Shown here one piece after another: positions 47,767 through 59,600 of a stretch of DNA of 64,000 nt. Under the pieces are notes generated by a model, which worked only from the letters and a program-made list of their open reading frames with translations, was not told where the DNA came from and ran no database searches. A program made the position numbers and the translations under genes. Numbering within the stretch: position 1 is the first letter of the stretch; each line of letters begins with the position of its first letter. This stretch comes from a virus (taxonomy: Duplodnaviria > Heunggongvirae > Uroviricota > Caudoviricetes), in the IMG/VR virus record IMGVR_UViG_3300032050_000059. One strand, 5' to 3'.

Positions 47767-50700
47767 ATGAAAAAACAGATGCTTAAAATCGCTGGTGTCA
47801 AGTCTGAGAAGGAGTTCTACAAGAAGTTTCCTACAGAAAAAGATTTTATGGCTAAGCATGGTAAAGCTTTCAAGAAAGCTCAAATCGGTTCATATATCGG
47901 TGGTGAATCAGATGCAGGTTTCCAACCTGTTAACTTCCAAGAGATGTATGATGCTGTTGACTATGGTGTTACAGGATCTACAGATCAAATGCGTAAGGAT
48001 GAACAGCTTAGACAAGCACAGATTAAAGCTGCCCAAGAGGAATCTGGCAAAGGAGGTGGTGGAGGACTTGGTAATATTGCCAATGTTCTTCAGAGCGAAG
48101 AGCTTATGACTGCCCTTAGTAGCGCAGCTGGTGCTGCTAGAAAAGGTAAGAAGATTAAGAAAGCACAGCCTGGAGAAGTGATTGAATCAGACACTCCTGG
48201 TGGAATGGGAAGACCTTTGCCTCCTGAGCTGAGACAAGATGAGTTTGATATAGAAGAGAAACCAGGAGGAGACTTTCTTAAACAAATATCTAAGTATGCA
48301 GGTCCTGCAGGTAAGATAGTTGAAGGTATTCAACAGTTGAAAGAAGAGAAGAAGGCTCTACAAAGAGCTCAGCAGATGCAGGGAGTGAGTGATGTTGTAA
48401 GACAAGCTGCTAATACACGCCCTGAAGAAACCAAACGTAGATATGTTCGTCCTGAGGATATTACAAATACAGGAGAGGAGTTCTTCCCAATATATGGCGT
48501 AGGTACAAATGTGCTTGCAAAAGATGGAGCTTCTGTTGGTGGTGGAGAAATCATGAACACGTTTGCTCCTAATACACTTTACGATGATCTTGGATATGAA
48601 CCTTTGAATGAGAGCGAAAGACTTAAGCAATTCTACTATGGTGGCAAAATGAGAACAGCTCAGACTGGTCTAGAAGCATTTGCTCAAGCTGGTGGAGGAG
48701 ACATGGCTAGTCAACTAATTACTGGTATCACTGGTGAAAACGCTGGTGGTAACATCGGTGGAACTATTGGTAAGACAGCAGGAATGTTTTTTGGACCAGT
48801 TGGAAGTATGGTAGGTCAAGCAGCTGGTCAACTTATTGGATCTGCTTTAGATAGAAAACCACAACAAATTAAAAAGGCAAAAGAAGCTACACAGAGAAAC
48901 ATTAAAGCTACTGCTCTTCAATCAGGGTTCCAAGGTGGACAAGCACAATATACATCATTCATGCAGGATGGTGGTACAACATCTCCTTATGAGTGGGTTA
49001 GTCATACATGGCAACCTCAGGTGATAGCTACCTTTGGAGAACACAAAGTGAGCCAATTGCTTAGACCTCCAAAGGATGCTGATATGCTCAGAGCTGGTGG
49101 TCATCTTAAAGAATACACTCCTCCTAGTGCAAGAGCTATGTCTACAGAAAGACCTAACTTCCAAATGGGTGGAGAGCTCCAAACACATTGGGGTGGATAT
49201 GCTGAGCCTATGTCTCAGAATCCTTATTTACCTGGAACAGGAGAAACCGTTATGTTCAGAGGACAATCCCACGATGAGTCTGATGGAAGAGGAAATACAG
49301 GTATTGGTATCACCTATGGTGGTAACCCTGTAGAGGTGGAGAGAGGTGAGCCTATGTTTGAATTGCAAGAAGGTGGTGAGATAGATCCTGCAACAGGAGA
49401 ACCTAAAAAGTCAGGTGTTGTACTTGGTAATATCAAGATTACAAAAGCTTTTGCAGATATGCTAGGCGATACTAAAGCTGAAGGTATGAAGTTTAAGACT
49501 TATGGTGCTGATCTATCTAAACAAGAAAATAAACAGAACAAGTTGATTGAGAAGGCGTTAGATAGAATTGATAACATGAATGTTGAAACATCTATTGATA
49601 AGATTGCAGCTGACACTGCTATGATAGATATATATGGTGGAAATGCTAAACTTAAAGACTTGGCAGATAAGAAAATAAACGCAGCCTCTCTTCAGAATGC
49701 TATTAATGATACAAAGGAAGAAGGATTTCTAAAGATTACAGATAGAGGTGATGTAAGAGCTGAGAAGGGTGCTAAGATTCCAAAAGCCCAAACTGGTGAA
49801 GATGTTCCAAAAATAGACGAGAAAAGCTATGATTATCTAAAAGGTCTATATGAGTCTGCCAAACAAGAAGAGGGTAAAAAAGGTGGAGGTCCTGCTACCT
49901 TAAGATTCCAACAGGAATATCATAAGCTTGCAAAACCTTTTGCTGAAAGAATTATAGCCAGTGAACCTTTAACTAGATTTGGAAAGAAAAAGGGATATCC
50001 TGTCACTGATGTAAGAAGTAATGAAGATTCTATCTTTGGAAAGAGGACAAAACAATACATGGCTGCTCTAGATGAAGCTGAGAAACAAAAACCTGTTGTC
50101 CCTGTTGAAGAAGGTAAACCTGGTCCAAAAGTAGAACCTATAAAACCTGTTACAGAAAAAACAACTGAGGACACTATTGATGTGGAAGAGGATAAGACTA
50201 AGCGTAACTACTGGATGGATATATTCAACCAGGTGGCTCCTTATCTGAGACCAAGTGATGTTGAAGACCTTGATCCTAACCAATTGGCTGGTGAGATGTA
50301 TGCTCTTGCTACCAACCAGGTTCAGCCTGTGTATGCCCAGACATTCACTCCTCAGCTCACAGTTCCTTATGATATCTCTCTTCAGGACATTCTGAACGAA
50401 AACAGAGCAACTACAAGAGCACAACAGAGACTTGTTGGATACAATCCTGCTCTGCAAAGTCAGCTTAGCGCACAAGAATACTCTGCTAATCAGAGAGTGC
50501 TTGGTGAGCAGTTCCGTATGAATCAAGCATTTAAGAACCAGATTTACAAAGAGAATAGGGATAAGCTTGACCAAGCAAACCTTGCAAATTTGCAAATCCT
50601 TGATACTCAGGCACAAAGACAAGCTGAGGCTTTGTCTAAGACCAAGGCTACCACACAGGCTGCTCTCAACTCTATTGCTAGCAAGTATGCTCAGAACAAG

Positions 50701-50940
50701 CTGGAGAACAGAACCTTGGCTACCTACGAGAATCTGTACAACTATCGCTACGATCCTAGATTCAGGGCTATCAATATGAACCCTCTGGCTCAGTTTAACA
50801 TTCCCCAACTTGCAGATTACACTCCTGAGGAACTTCGTGCTATGGCTCTTCTTAGAGAAAAAGAGAGCAAAACCACCAAGAAATCCTCTGAGGAGAAGAA
50901 AAGAAATGGCGGTATTGCCAAAGCATTTAAAAATCTCTAA
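47767..50940 (+). CDS. large Gly/Gln-rich virion protein (1057 aa); tape-measure-like or ejection/cargo protein candidate
   Basis: Recurrent K-A-Q-x-G motifs, xQxGG motifs, a GGGGGLG tract, and a Q-rich coiled-coil C-terminus. Confidence 0.4.
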   Translation: MKKQMLKIAGVKSEKEFYKKFPTEKDFMAKHGKAFKKAQIGSYIGGESDAGFQPVNFQEMYDAVDYGVTGSTDQMRKDEQLRQAQIKAAQEESGKGGGGGLGNIANVLQSEELMTALSSAAGAARKGKKIKKAQPGEVIESDTPGGMGRPLPPELRQDEFDIEEKPGGDFLKQISKYAGPAGKIVEGIQQLKEEKKALQRAQQMQGVSDVVRQAANTRPEETKRRYVRPEDITNTGEEFFPIYGVGTNVLAKDGASVGGGEIMNTFAPNTLYDDLGYEPLNESERLKQFYYGGKMRTAQTGLEAFAQAGGGDMASQLITGITGENAGGNIGGTIGKTAGMFFGPVGSMVGQAAGQLIGSALDRKPQQIKKAKEATQRNIKATALQSGFQGGQAQYTSFMQDGGTTSPYEWVSHTWQPQVIATFGEHKVSQLLRPPKDADMLRAGGHLKEYTPPSARAMSTERPNFQMGGELQTHWGGYAEPMSQNPYLPGTGETVMFRGQSHDESDGRGNTGIGITYGGNPVEVERGEPMFELQEGGEIDPATGEPKKSGVVLGNIKITKAFADMLGDTKAEGMKFKTYGADLSKQENKQNKLIEKALDRIDNMNVETSIDKIAADTAMIDIYGGNAKLKDLADKKINAASLQNAINDTKEEGFLKITDRGDVRAEKGAKIPKAQTGEDVPKIDEKSYDYLKGLYESAKQEEGKKGGGPATLRFQQEYHKLAKPFAERIIASEPLTRFGKKKGYPVTDVRSNEDSIFGKRTKQYMAALDEAEKQKPVVPVEEGKPGPKVEPIKPVTEKTTEDTIDVEEDKTKRNYWMDIFNQVAPYLRPSDVEDLDPNQLAGEMYALATNQVQPVYAQTFTPQLTVPYDISLQDILNENRATTRAQQRLVGYNPALQSQLSAQEYSANQRVLGEQFRMNQAFKNQIYKENRDKLDQANLANLQILDTQAQRQAEALSKTKATTQAALNSIASKYAQNKLENRTLATYENLYNYRYDPRFRAINMNPLAQFNIPQLADYTPEELRAMALLREKESKTTKKSSEEKKRNGGIAKAFKNL

Positions 50941-51026
50941 CTAATTCAGTTAGAGAGAATTACCAAAATCTGTTAGTGCTCTTGGAAATTATAATTCTTT
51001 CTATTACATTTGTAACTTAATACTCT

Positions 51027-53690
51027 ATGGCCTCTTATACAGACATAATACCCCAGTTTAACCCCTATATCCAGCAGCTTCCTGTGGAGGCTATGGTGCA
51101 GGTGGGTATGGAGAAACAGAAGCGCTATGATGAGGGGGTCCAAAAGATTCAGTCTCAGATAGATAGTGTAGCTGGCTTGGACATATACCATCCTTCAGAT
51201 AGAATGTATTTGCAGTCTAAACTGAATGAACTTGGTAACAATCTTAGAACTGTGGCCGCTGGTGATTTCTCCAACTATCAGCTTGTCAACTCTGTAGGAG
51301 GTATGACTACCCAGATTGTTAAAGACAAAAATGTACAGAATGCTGTACGTTCTACACAACAGATTAGGAAGCAACAAACTTTGATGGACCAGGCTAGGGA
51401 GAAAGGTACCCTCCATAGAAACAATGAGATTTTCTTCAACGACCAGGTGATCTCCTATCTGAATAACAATAAAGTGGGACAGGTATTTGGTGAGAACTAT
51501 CAACCGTACACTGACTACCAGAAAAAGTGGTTGGAAGTCCAAAAGAGTCTTGGTATAAAGGAAACACAAACAGATCTTCCATTTGTAATGCAAGATGGTA
51601 AGATAGTCATTGACCCAAAGACCAAGAAGCCTATGGTCAATGATTACATGGTAAGGGAAACCTTCAAAGGTGTTGATGCTCAAAGACTTAAGGAAGCCAT
51701 CATGGCAGCTATGGATGATAATGACTATGCACAGATGAAGATTGATGCATATGTTAGCTACAAGGGATACACACCTGATATGCTTATTAAGGAAGCTGAT
51801 AGCACTTATAGGTCTAACAAAGAGGAGTTGACAAAGACTATAGACAATCTAACCATCCTGAAAACTCAGAATGTTGGAAATCAACAGATGACCAAGGATA
51901 TAGATGTTCAACTTGAACAATATAAAAAACAGCTGAAGAATACAGAAGATCAGTATAGAGATGTAATAGCAGGAATTCAGGCAAATCCTGAGGGATACAA
52001 ACAGAAGCTATTTGCAATGAATTCTATAAACAACTTTGCTAATAGTTTCTCAAACATATCCCATATTCAAAATATTGTAGATAGTCCCATCAAAAAACAA
52101 ATGAATGAGGACAGAGCCTACAACTTCAAGGTGGTTGAGTTTAACACAAAGAATGCTCAGTGGCAGAAAGAGTTTGGTTTAAAAGTAGCTACAGAATCTA
52201 GACTTGCAAATAAAGAAGCATTTGACCAAGCACTAGCCTTATATAAAGAAGGATTGGGTCCTAATCCTCTTGGTCCAACTACAGCTAAATATGTTGGAGC
52301 TCCTCCTACAGATAAAGAGATATTGGATGGAATGGTAGAAAGCTTTAAACAAGGAGCTGACATAGACCAACTGAATAATGACAAGAATGCATTAAAGGTG
52401 AATTGGGCAAAGAACCAGCCTTCTAAAGCAGACTATGCAAAACAGAAAGGAATAGATCTTAAAAACTATACAGACGCACAATATAGAGCTGATTTAGATA
52501 AACAATTCAACAGTGACTTAGCTGCATATAATTCAAACAAGAACTCTGTAGATGCTCCTACAAGAAAAATCCTTGGTCAGTATTCTGAGCTGGATAGATT
52601 GTATAAGCTTAAGGTTAATGCAATAAATGATGCAACTGAAAAAGCAAACGCACTTCATCCTGAAGTGACTGAAGAGGCAAATAAGCTATCTAACAATAAG
52701 GTGAGCTTTTTGGATTATACATTTAAAGATGGAAAACCTGGAGTGTATAACATACTAACAAAAAGTGCAAGAGAGATATACGAAGATATTCAATCTGGAA
52801 AAGCCACATTAAGAGTGGACAAAGCTCCTGGAGGATATATTGTACTTAGATATCCTGGTTCAAATATTACATATGAAATATCTAAGAAAGGTGGATTCTT
52901 TGGTTCTGACAAGGTGGGAGGAAAACAAACAAGAGAATTGCTTTTGTCTGTTCATGATACATACAACAGAGTAGGACAGTCTATTAAAAATAGAGATGCA
53001 GACTTTGCAAAAATACTTGGTGAAACTATCAACTCTGTAGCTCCAGTATCATCATTGCTTCCAAAGGGAGCAACAAGCACTCTTCTACCTTTGATAGAGG
53101 ATAAACTAGGAAGAGAGCAAAAAGGACAGACAGAGGAACTAGCTGGCTTTGTAAAAGGTAAGGATTTTAACTTTGACACTGTAAAAGAACTAGCTCTAAA
53201 TCCTGACACTAAGGTGACTCATACTACCTGGGGAGATAATGTATTCATTACAATGACTGGAATGCTAGGTAAAAATCTTGCAACTCAGAAGTTTAAGATT
53301 TCAAAGTCTGACTTTGCTACAATGTATCCAAATCTTGTTGACAATACAAATATGGATTTCTGGCAATCAGCAGCAGCAAATGGTAGCACCAACTACAAAT
53401 ATCACGTTGCTAAGAGCGCTTTGATGAATCCAGATGATGCTTTCACTTCTGGCACTTACGATATTCCATCTAAGAAATACATAGTGAAGGGTGATATCTT
53501 CTTTGATCAAACTGACAAAAACAACACCACCCCTGTTGTTTATGTAAAAAGTAAAAAGACAGGAAAGGTTGTTCCTATTCCTGGCGAGGTGTTTTCTACT
53601 TTTTCAGGTTCTGAAAAATCAATGTATCAAGTGAATGATCTGTTGATAGAGAACTACTTTAAAAATAATAATCTAGATGCCGATTTTTAA
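51027..53690 (+). CDS. large virion protein (887 aa), K/N/D-rich
   Basis: ORF. Candidate -7 promoter element TACATTTG at 51005-51012. Ends with tandem stops TAATAA. Confidence 0.45.
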   Translation: MASYTDIIPQFNPYIQQLPVEAMVQVGMEKQKRYDEGVQKIQSQIDSVAGLDIYHPSDRMYLQSKLNELGNNLRTVAAGDFSNYQLVNSVGGMTTQIVKDKNVQNAVRSTQQIRKQQTLMDQAREKGTLHRNNEIFFNDQVISYLNNNKVGQVFGENYQPYTDYQKKWLEVQKSLGIKETQTDLPFVMQDGKIVIDPKTKKPMVNDYMVRETFKGVDAQRLKEAIMAAMDDNDYAQMKIDAYVSYKGYTPDMLIKEADSTYRSNKEELTKTIDNLTILKTQNVGNQQMTKDIDVQLEQYKKQLKNTEDQYRDVIAGIQANPEGYKQKLFAMNSINNFANSFSNISHIQNIVDSPIKKQMNEDRAYNFKVVEFNTKNAQWQKEFGLKVATESRLANKEAFDQALALYKEGLGPNPLGPTTAKYVGAPPTDKEILDGMVESFKQGADIDQLNNDKNALKVNWAKNQPSKADYAKQKGIDLKNYTDAQYRADLDKQFNSDLAAYNSNKNSVDAPTRKILGQYSELDRLYKLKVNAINDATEKANALHPEVTEEANKLSNNKVSFLDYTFKDGKPGVYNILTKSAREIYEDIQSGKATLRVDKAPGGYIVLRYPGSNITYEISKKGGFFGSDKVGGKQTRELLLSVHDTYNRVGQSIKNRDADFAKILGETINSVAPVSSLLPKGATSTLLPLIEDKLGREQKGQTEELAGFVKGKDFNFDTVKELALNPDTKVTHTTWGDNVFITMTGMLGKNLATQKFKISKSDFATMYPNLVDNTNMDFWQSAAANGSTNYKYHVAKSALMNPDDAFTSGTYDIPSKKYIVKGDIFFDQTDKNNTTPVVYVKSKKTGKVVPIPGEVFSTFSGSEKSMYQVNDLLIENYFKNNNLDADF

Positions 53691-53691
53691 T

Positions 53692-56600
53692 AAAGATTTA
53701 CCAGCTTTTGATAAGCCACTTGAAGGATTTCCCAAAGAGCAAGAAGTCTATAAGGGAAAGGTGTTGCCTGACACCCTGCATCCTGCTGTCCCAAATCTAG
53801 ATTCAGACTTTGGACAGGTGGGTACTGGAGATGTTCAAGACCTATTCAGAATGAACTCTGTCCAATCAGGACCTATATTCGGATCTACAATAAGTGAGCT
53901 TTCTAGAAACAAGAGGTATGATTATTATAAGCCAGGAACAAACTATGAAGATTTATATGCAAGAGTACAACCCTGGTACAAGCAGATTGGTAACGGTCTT
54001 GTAAAAGGGGGTGCCTTTATGGTGGGCACCTTTGCACAATCATTCAATAGTATTCCAGAAACAATAAACGCTGTAGCAAAAAAAGATTTATCTGAGCTTG
54101 CTGGAAAAGACTCTTATGTTAGTCCTATAGATGATTGGTATAGAAATCTAGAAGATCTCTATCCCAACTACTATTCAGACTATGAGAAAGCACATCCTTT
54201 TAAAAGCATCCTAGGTAGTGGCTTTGCTAACACCTTTGGAGACAAGTTTGTTAAGAACCTTGGATTCATGGGTGGTGCTATTGCTGGTGCTGTAGTGCAG
54301 GATTTTGCCATAGGTGCTCTTACACAAGGACTTGGTGAAATTCCTTTGCTATCTAACCAGATAGGAAAAGCAGCTCTTTACATGAATAAAATCCTATCCT
54401 CAGAAAGCAGGGTGGGAAGAGCATTGGGTGCTAGTGAAAAGGGTATACTTACATCGTTTCTAGATAGCGGTGTGCAAGCTGGTAGAACAGCTGAGCAGCT
54501 CAATAGAATGGAAACATTGGCTCAATTGGCTGCTTCTAGAAAGATTAACAATCAGTTTAGATATGGACTTAATCTGTGGACATCTGCTCTCACTGAGGCA
54601 GGAATTGAGTCAAGAGATGGATACAGAACATTGAAGACTGATCTGATTGATCAATACAAGCTTGACAACTATGGATTAGAACCCACTGGAAAAGACCTGA
54701 AAGATATTGAGGATATTGCTACATCTGCTATGAATGCTAGGGAAATAGGAAACCTTGGCATCCTCCTTGTATCAAACGCTATACAGTTTGAAAACATATT
54801 AAGACCTTTCTCTTCAGCAAGAGTAGGTGTAACCTCTCCTATATTCCAGGAAATTGCTGGTAAGCGCATTGCTCTTCAAGATGGACTAATGGGTGGCTAT
54901 TCAGAAATAGTGCCTAAGTCTACATTTGGAAAGATAGTTAGAGACATCAAACCATATGCACCTGAACTGTTTACAGAAGGTGTGTTTGAAGAGGGTGGAC
55001 AGTTTGCAATAGAAAGAGGTACGTACGACTATTACAATAAGAAGTATTTTGATCAGAAAAATAACAAATCAAGAAACGACTTAGCTGAATTCATTGATTC
55101 TATAGGAACTGGACTAGTTGACCAATTCAGAACAACAGCTGGTTGGGAGAACATGTTCCTAGGAGCTTTGACAGCAGGACTCACTGGTAAAGCAAAGAGT
55201 GTATATAGTAACATAAAAGGTACAGGATCAAAAGCTCAGATAGCTGCTGAGATTAACAATCTCAACTCTAGCCAGCTCATGGGTGTATTTGAGAACAACT
55301 TTGAAAATGCTGCTCAACAGCTTAAGGCTTCTAAAGACATGGAAGCTGCTGTTAAGAAGAGAGATATATTTGAATACAAGAATGCTCAGTTTAGAGCTTT
55401 GTTCTCTTGGGCAAATGCCAGAATGCAGGGCAACAGATATGGTCTTCTAGAGGAAGAAATTAAACTTGCCAAAGAACTTCCTAATGAGCAATTCAAACAA
55501 ATGTTTGGATTTGATGCTACGGCAGACAACAGACAGGTTGTAAATGCATACCTGTCATTGGTTCAAGAGGAAGCTAATAAGATTAAGAGAAACTACGACA
55601 AGATCAATGAGTTCTTTGTAAACCCTTACAAGTATATTAGAACTCCTAAGACTGATGAGGAAATAACTGAAAGCGAGAACTACAGGAAGTATGAGAACTA
55701 TAAGACAGCAATGACTTATTTCCCATCCTTGATTGATCATGCTGACAGAAGAACCGATGAGATACAGAAAGAACTGATTGACATCAATCCTCTATTGTCT
55801 GTAGATATAGTTAAGAAACTTGGTAGTGTTGACTCGCTATTAGACTTGGCTAAAGAATATGAGAAAGAGGCTACAACATCTCTTGGTCTAATTAGTGACA
55901 TCACCACTCCTGAGGAAAGAAAGAAACTGGAGAGAAGAGCTAAGACACTTAGAAACCTAGCAGAAAAAATATATGGTGTTACAGACACCTACTATTTAGT
56001 AGCAAAAGATGAGATGTCTAAAGATGTTCTTTCTAGGAAGGAAAATCTACCAGGCGACTATCTTAAGCTATTTGACAACCTAGTAAACTTTGAGATTAAC
56101 GGAAGAGACCCTCTAAGAACTGATAAGAACATCAAACATCCTCTGGATGTAGAAAAGGCTATCTCTCTAGCTGTAGATCTTAACAGACTGGCTGAGATGA
56201 AGAAAGATGCAGGAGATGCATTTGATATTCTATCTAATCCTGAGAAAGGGTTTGACGAGTTTAACAAGGTGGATGAGAACAGACTTCCTCCTAAACATTC
56301 TCCTGAGTCAGAACTCACTCCTGGTAGAGAGTATGAAACTTCAAATCTTGGTAAGTATAGAACCAGGAAGATTGCTGATGGAAGATACCAAGTGATTAGT
56401 CCAGACAAGACTATTGTATCTACACATCCTTCAAAAGAAGAAGCATCTGCCACTACTAAGTATTTGAATGAAAATCTAAGCAGCCTACTTAAGGTGACTG
56501 TGGTTAGAGATAATGGAGATGGCACTATCAGAATCACTGACTCTAATGGTGACATTCAAGATATTCCTAAAGCAGATATATTAAAATACACTCCTCTTGA

Positions 56601-59600
56601 AACCCAAGAGGAAAAGATAGCTAAGCAGAAAGAGCAAATAGCTAATGAGCAGAAAGACCTAGAGGCAGATTCTGGAAACGTAAACACAGGAAACCCTGCA
56701 GAACCTTACGGTAAAGAAAGTGCTCTTCCTGATATAAAGATATTGTTCAGCTCAAGCACTACAGAATCTGAAGGTAGTGATGATCCTAACTGGCAGAAGA
56801 ATGCTGCTCTGTCTCCTATTCACATTAAGAATTCTAGAGAGTTTTTAAACAAGGCACAGGGTTTTGCTAATAGAGCAAACCTAAGAGCCATCCTTATCAC
56901 TCCTCTATTGGAGAAAGCATATGGATTAGAGGGACTCACTCAAATCTCCTATGGTGTCAGAAATGAGGACCTAGCAACACAAGAACAAAAAGACAAGTTC
57001 TTAAAAGACACTACAGATTTAAACAATGGATTCATTGCCCAAGTGTTTGTAGAACAAGTAGGTAGTGATCTATACTTTATTGATAAAACTGGAAACAAAC
57101 TTGGTAAGTTTGGAGAGCAATTAGATGAAACCAAACTTGGTAATGTTGTTTTCCAGACAATGCGTAGAGCTGCTCTTAAAGATAGTCAGGGTGGTACAAA
57201 AGCAAGAAGTGGACAGGAGGAAGAAGCTAAAGTATATCTAGAAGCTTGGAAAAAAGAAAGAGCAAACATATTTGCTACAGATCCTAACGCCTCTCCTACA
57301 GTTTATGAGTTCAACATATCTAGAGGTATACCTATAGATGGTGATACTCCTAATCATGTAGCAGGCACACTGATTACATCTGATCCTAAGGAAGAAAGAC
57401 AAGTTCTTAAGGGTCAATCAATTATACAGATTCCAACAACCAAGACTATCACATTCAAAGGAAGAGCTATAAACTTCCCTAATGGCAGACCAGTTCTTGT
57501 ATATGGTGACAATGTTGCCTTCTTGAACAATGTGAAGTTGGATGGCAAGAGAGCTCAGGTGATATATGCTGTTATTGAGAAGATGGCTAATGACATCACT
57601 CAGAGAGCTAATGCTGGAAAGAAGATTGTATTCAGTAAGACAAAAGAAGCCAAGTTCCTGCAGAACATTCTCTATTGGAGAACAGGAGATACAAAAGAGG
57701 GTTCTAATCAGATAAACATTTCTGAGGATGGAACCACAATATCTTTTGCTGGTAAGTCATTCCCTATTGCTAAACTGGCTGAGAATAAGAAGGAATTAAT
57801 TGAGGCCATCAGTAACTCCTACCACAATACAAACAACAAGAGCTTGTCTGAGGAAATGTTCAGCAAGTCCTTTACAGAGTTCTACATTGAGAAGGGAGAA
57901 CTCAAGTCTCGTGATTGGGCTAACTACCAGTCCTACTTGTTGTCCTCTACATTCCCAGATGGATCTAAGAGAGCTGCAGCTGACACCCCTCTTACAACTA
58001 AAATAGCTATTCCTCTTTCTGAGATTCCTTATACACATAAGCAGAAATACTCAACTCTTATAGGACTTGAGCTTCCTATTGGTGTAATAAACAAACCTGC
58101 TGCAGAAGCTAAAGAAACTGTTGTAGAAGCTCCTAAAGGTAAGTTTGATTACAACGGAACAAAAGAGAACACCACTCCTATTCTGAGCTTTGGTAATGTA
58201 TCCTTCACTGTTAAGGAAGGAGAAGATCCTCAGTTCTTGGTAGACAGCGAGGAGTTTAAGAAGACACAAGATAACCTTGTTAAGAAACTAAGACAAAACT
58301 CCCCAGAGGCAGATGAGGAATCATTGGTTAAACAAGCCAATGGTGTCATCCTCAGTGTTGTTAGAAAGGAAGTGGATAATGATCTAAAGACTGCTACAGT
58401 TGAGGAAGTTGTTCCCACTGCTGAGGAAGTAAAACCTACTGAGGAAGTAAAACCTGTTGAAGAGAAAAAAGAAGAAGAACCTAAGAAGACACAGTTTGAT
58501 CCTAAGAAGACAAAGAAGAGAGGAAACCTATTCAGAGCTGTAAGTGAGACTGATGAGTCTGAGAGAATGACTGAGGCTGATATTGAAGCCTTTAAGAAAT
58601 GGCATGCTGAGAAGGTACCTCAAATCCCTTATGAGATTCTTGGACAGATGGTAACCATCAATCCTAATAGAAAGGCATGGGGTGTGTTTGAAAATGGTGT
58701 GGCTAAGTTTGTACGTGGTGGATTGAGAGCTACAGAATACCATGAGATATTTCATGGCATATGGAGAGGATTGCTAAACGCTGATGAAAGAGCTGCTATT
58801 GTAAAAGAGTTTAATGCTAAAGAGGGTAGCTTCAAAGACAGGCTTAGTGGTAAGACTATCAACTTTGCTGATGCTACAGAAGAGCAAGTGGAAGATAGAC
58901 TAGCTGATGACTTCAGTGATTACAGAAAAGGTAAGCTTGCTGCTAGAACTTTAGGAGATGCTATCCGTGAGTTCTTCAAAAGAATCATGGATTTCTTCAA
59001 GTCCTTTGTAGCCAAACCTACATTAAAGGACCAACTGTTTGATAATATTGAGCAAGGTAGATTCAAAGATAGAGAGCTTGCACCTGAGGTTAAGAACCTA
59101 GGCCCAGCTTACAGAGCTGCAGAAGGTCTTAACGAACAGCAGACTAACGAGTTTGTTCAGGATATGACAGCCCTATCTTCTGCCATGATCTTTGGAAATG
59201 GAAAGATAGGTGCAATTGATAAGTCAGCCATCTATGATATTAGAAAGATAACCAGCAAGCAAGTGTTTGATGAGATTAAAAACATCTACACTGAGCAGGG
59301 CTGGATGGATCAACTTAGTGAAAACACCTGGAATGATCTGGTTGAAAAGACTAAGCGCTCCCTAAAAGCCAACCTTAAGGTTTCCTTTAATGAGGAAGAC
59401 TTGGTGAACATCAACGATGAGCAAAGTAATAACAGAGACTATGCTCCAGAACCATTCTCTACAGACTATAAGAAGTCTGCTCCTGTTGGAATAAAGTTCA
59501 CATCTTCTACTATTCCTAAGACCAAAGCAATGAGTCAGGAGGGTAGAACATCTCTCACTCTTCCTGATCTAAAAGATACTAATAATCTTTATTCACTGGT

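Noticed and set aside
22746-53690. Stop-codon reassignment (TAG->Gln or TGA->Trp), as seen in some crAss-like lineages
   Set aside because: Large genes (terminase, portal, capsid, 1691-aa and 1057-aa proteins) are intact under the standard code. The late-gene stops include TAA (often doubled, e.g. TAATAA at 53688), TAG and TGA. No long ORF needs read-through.
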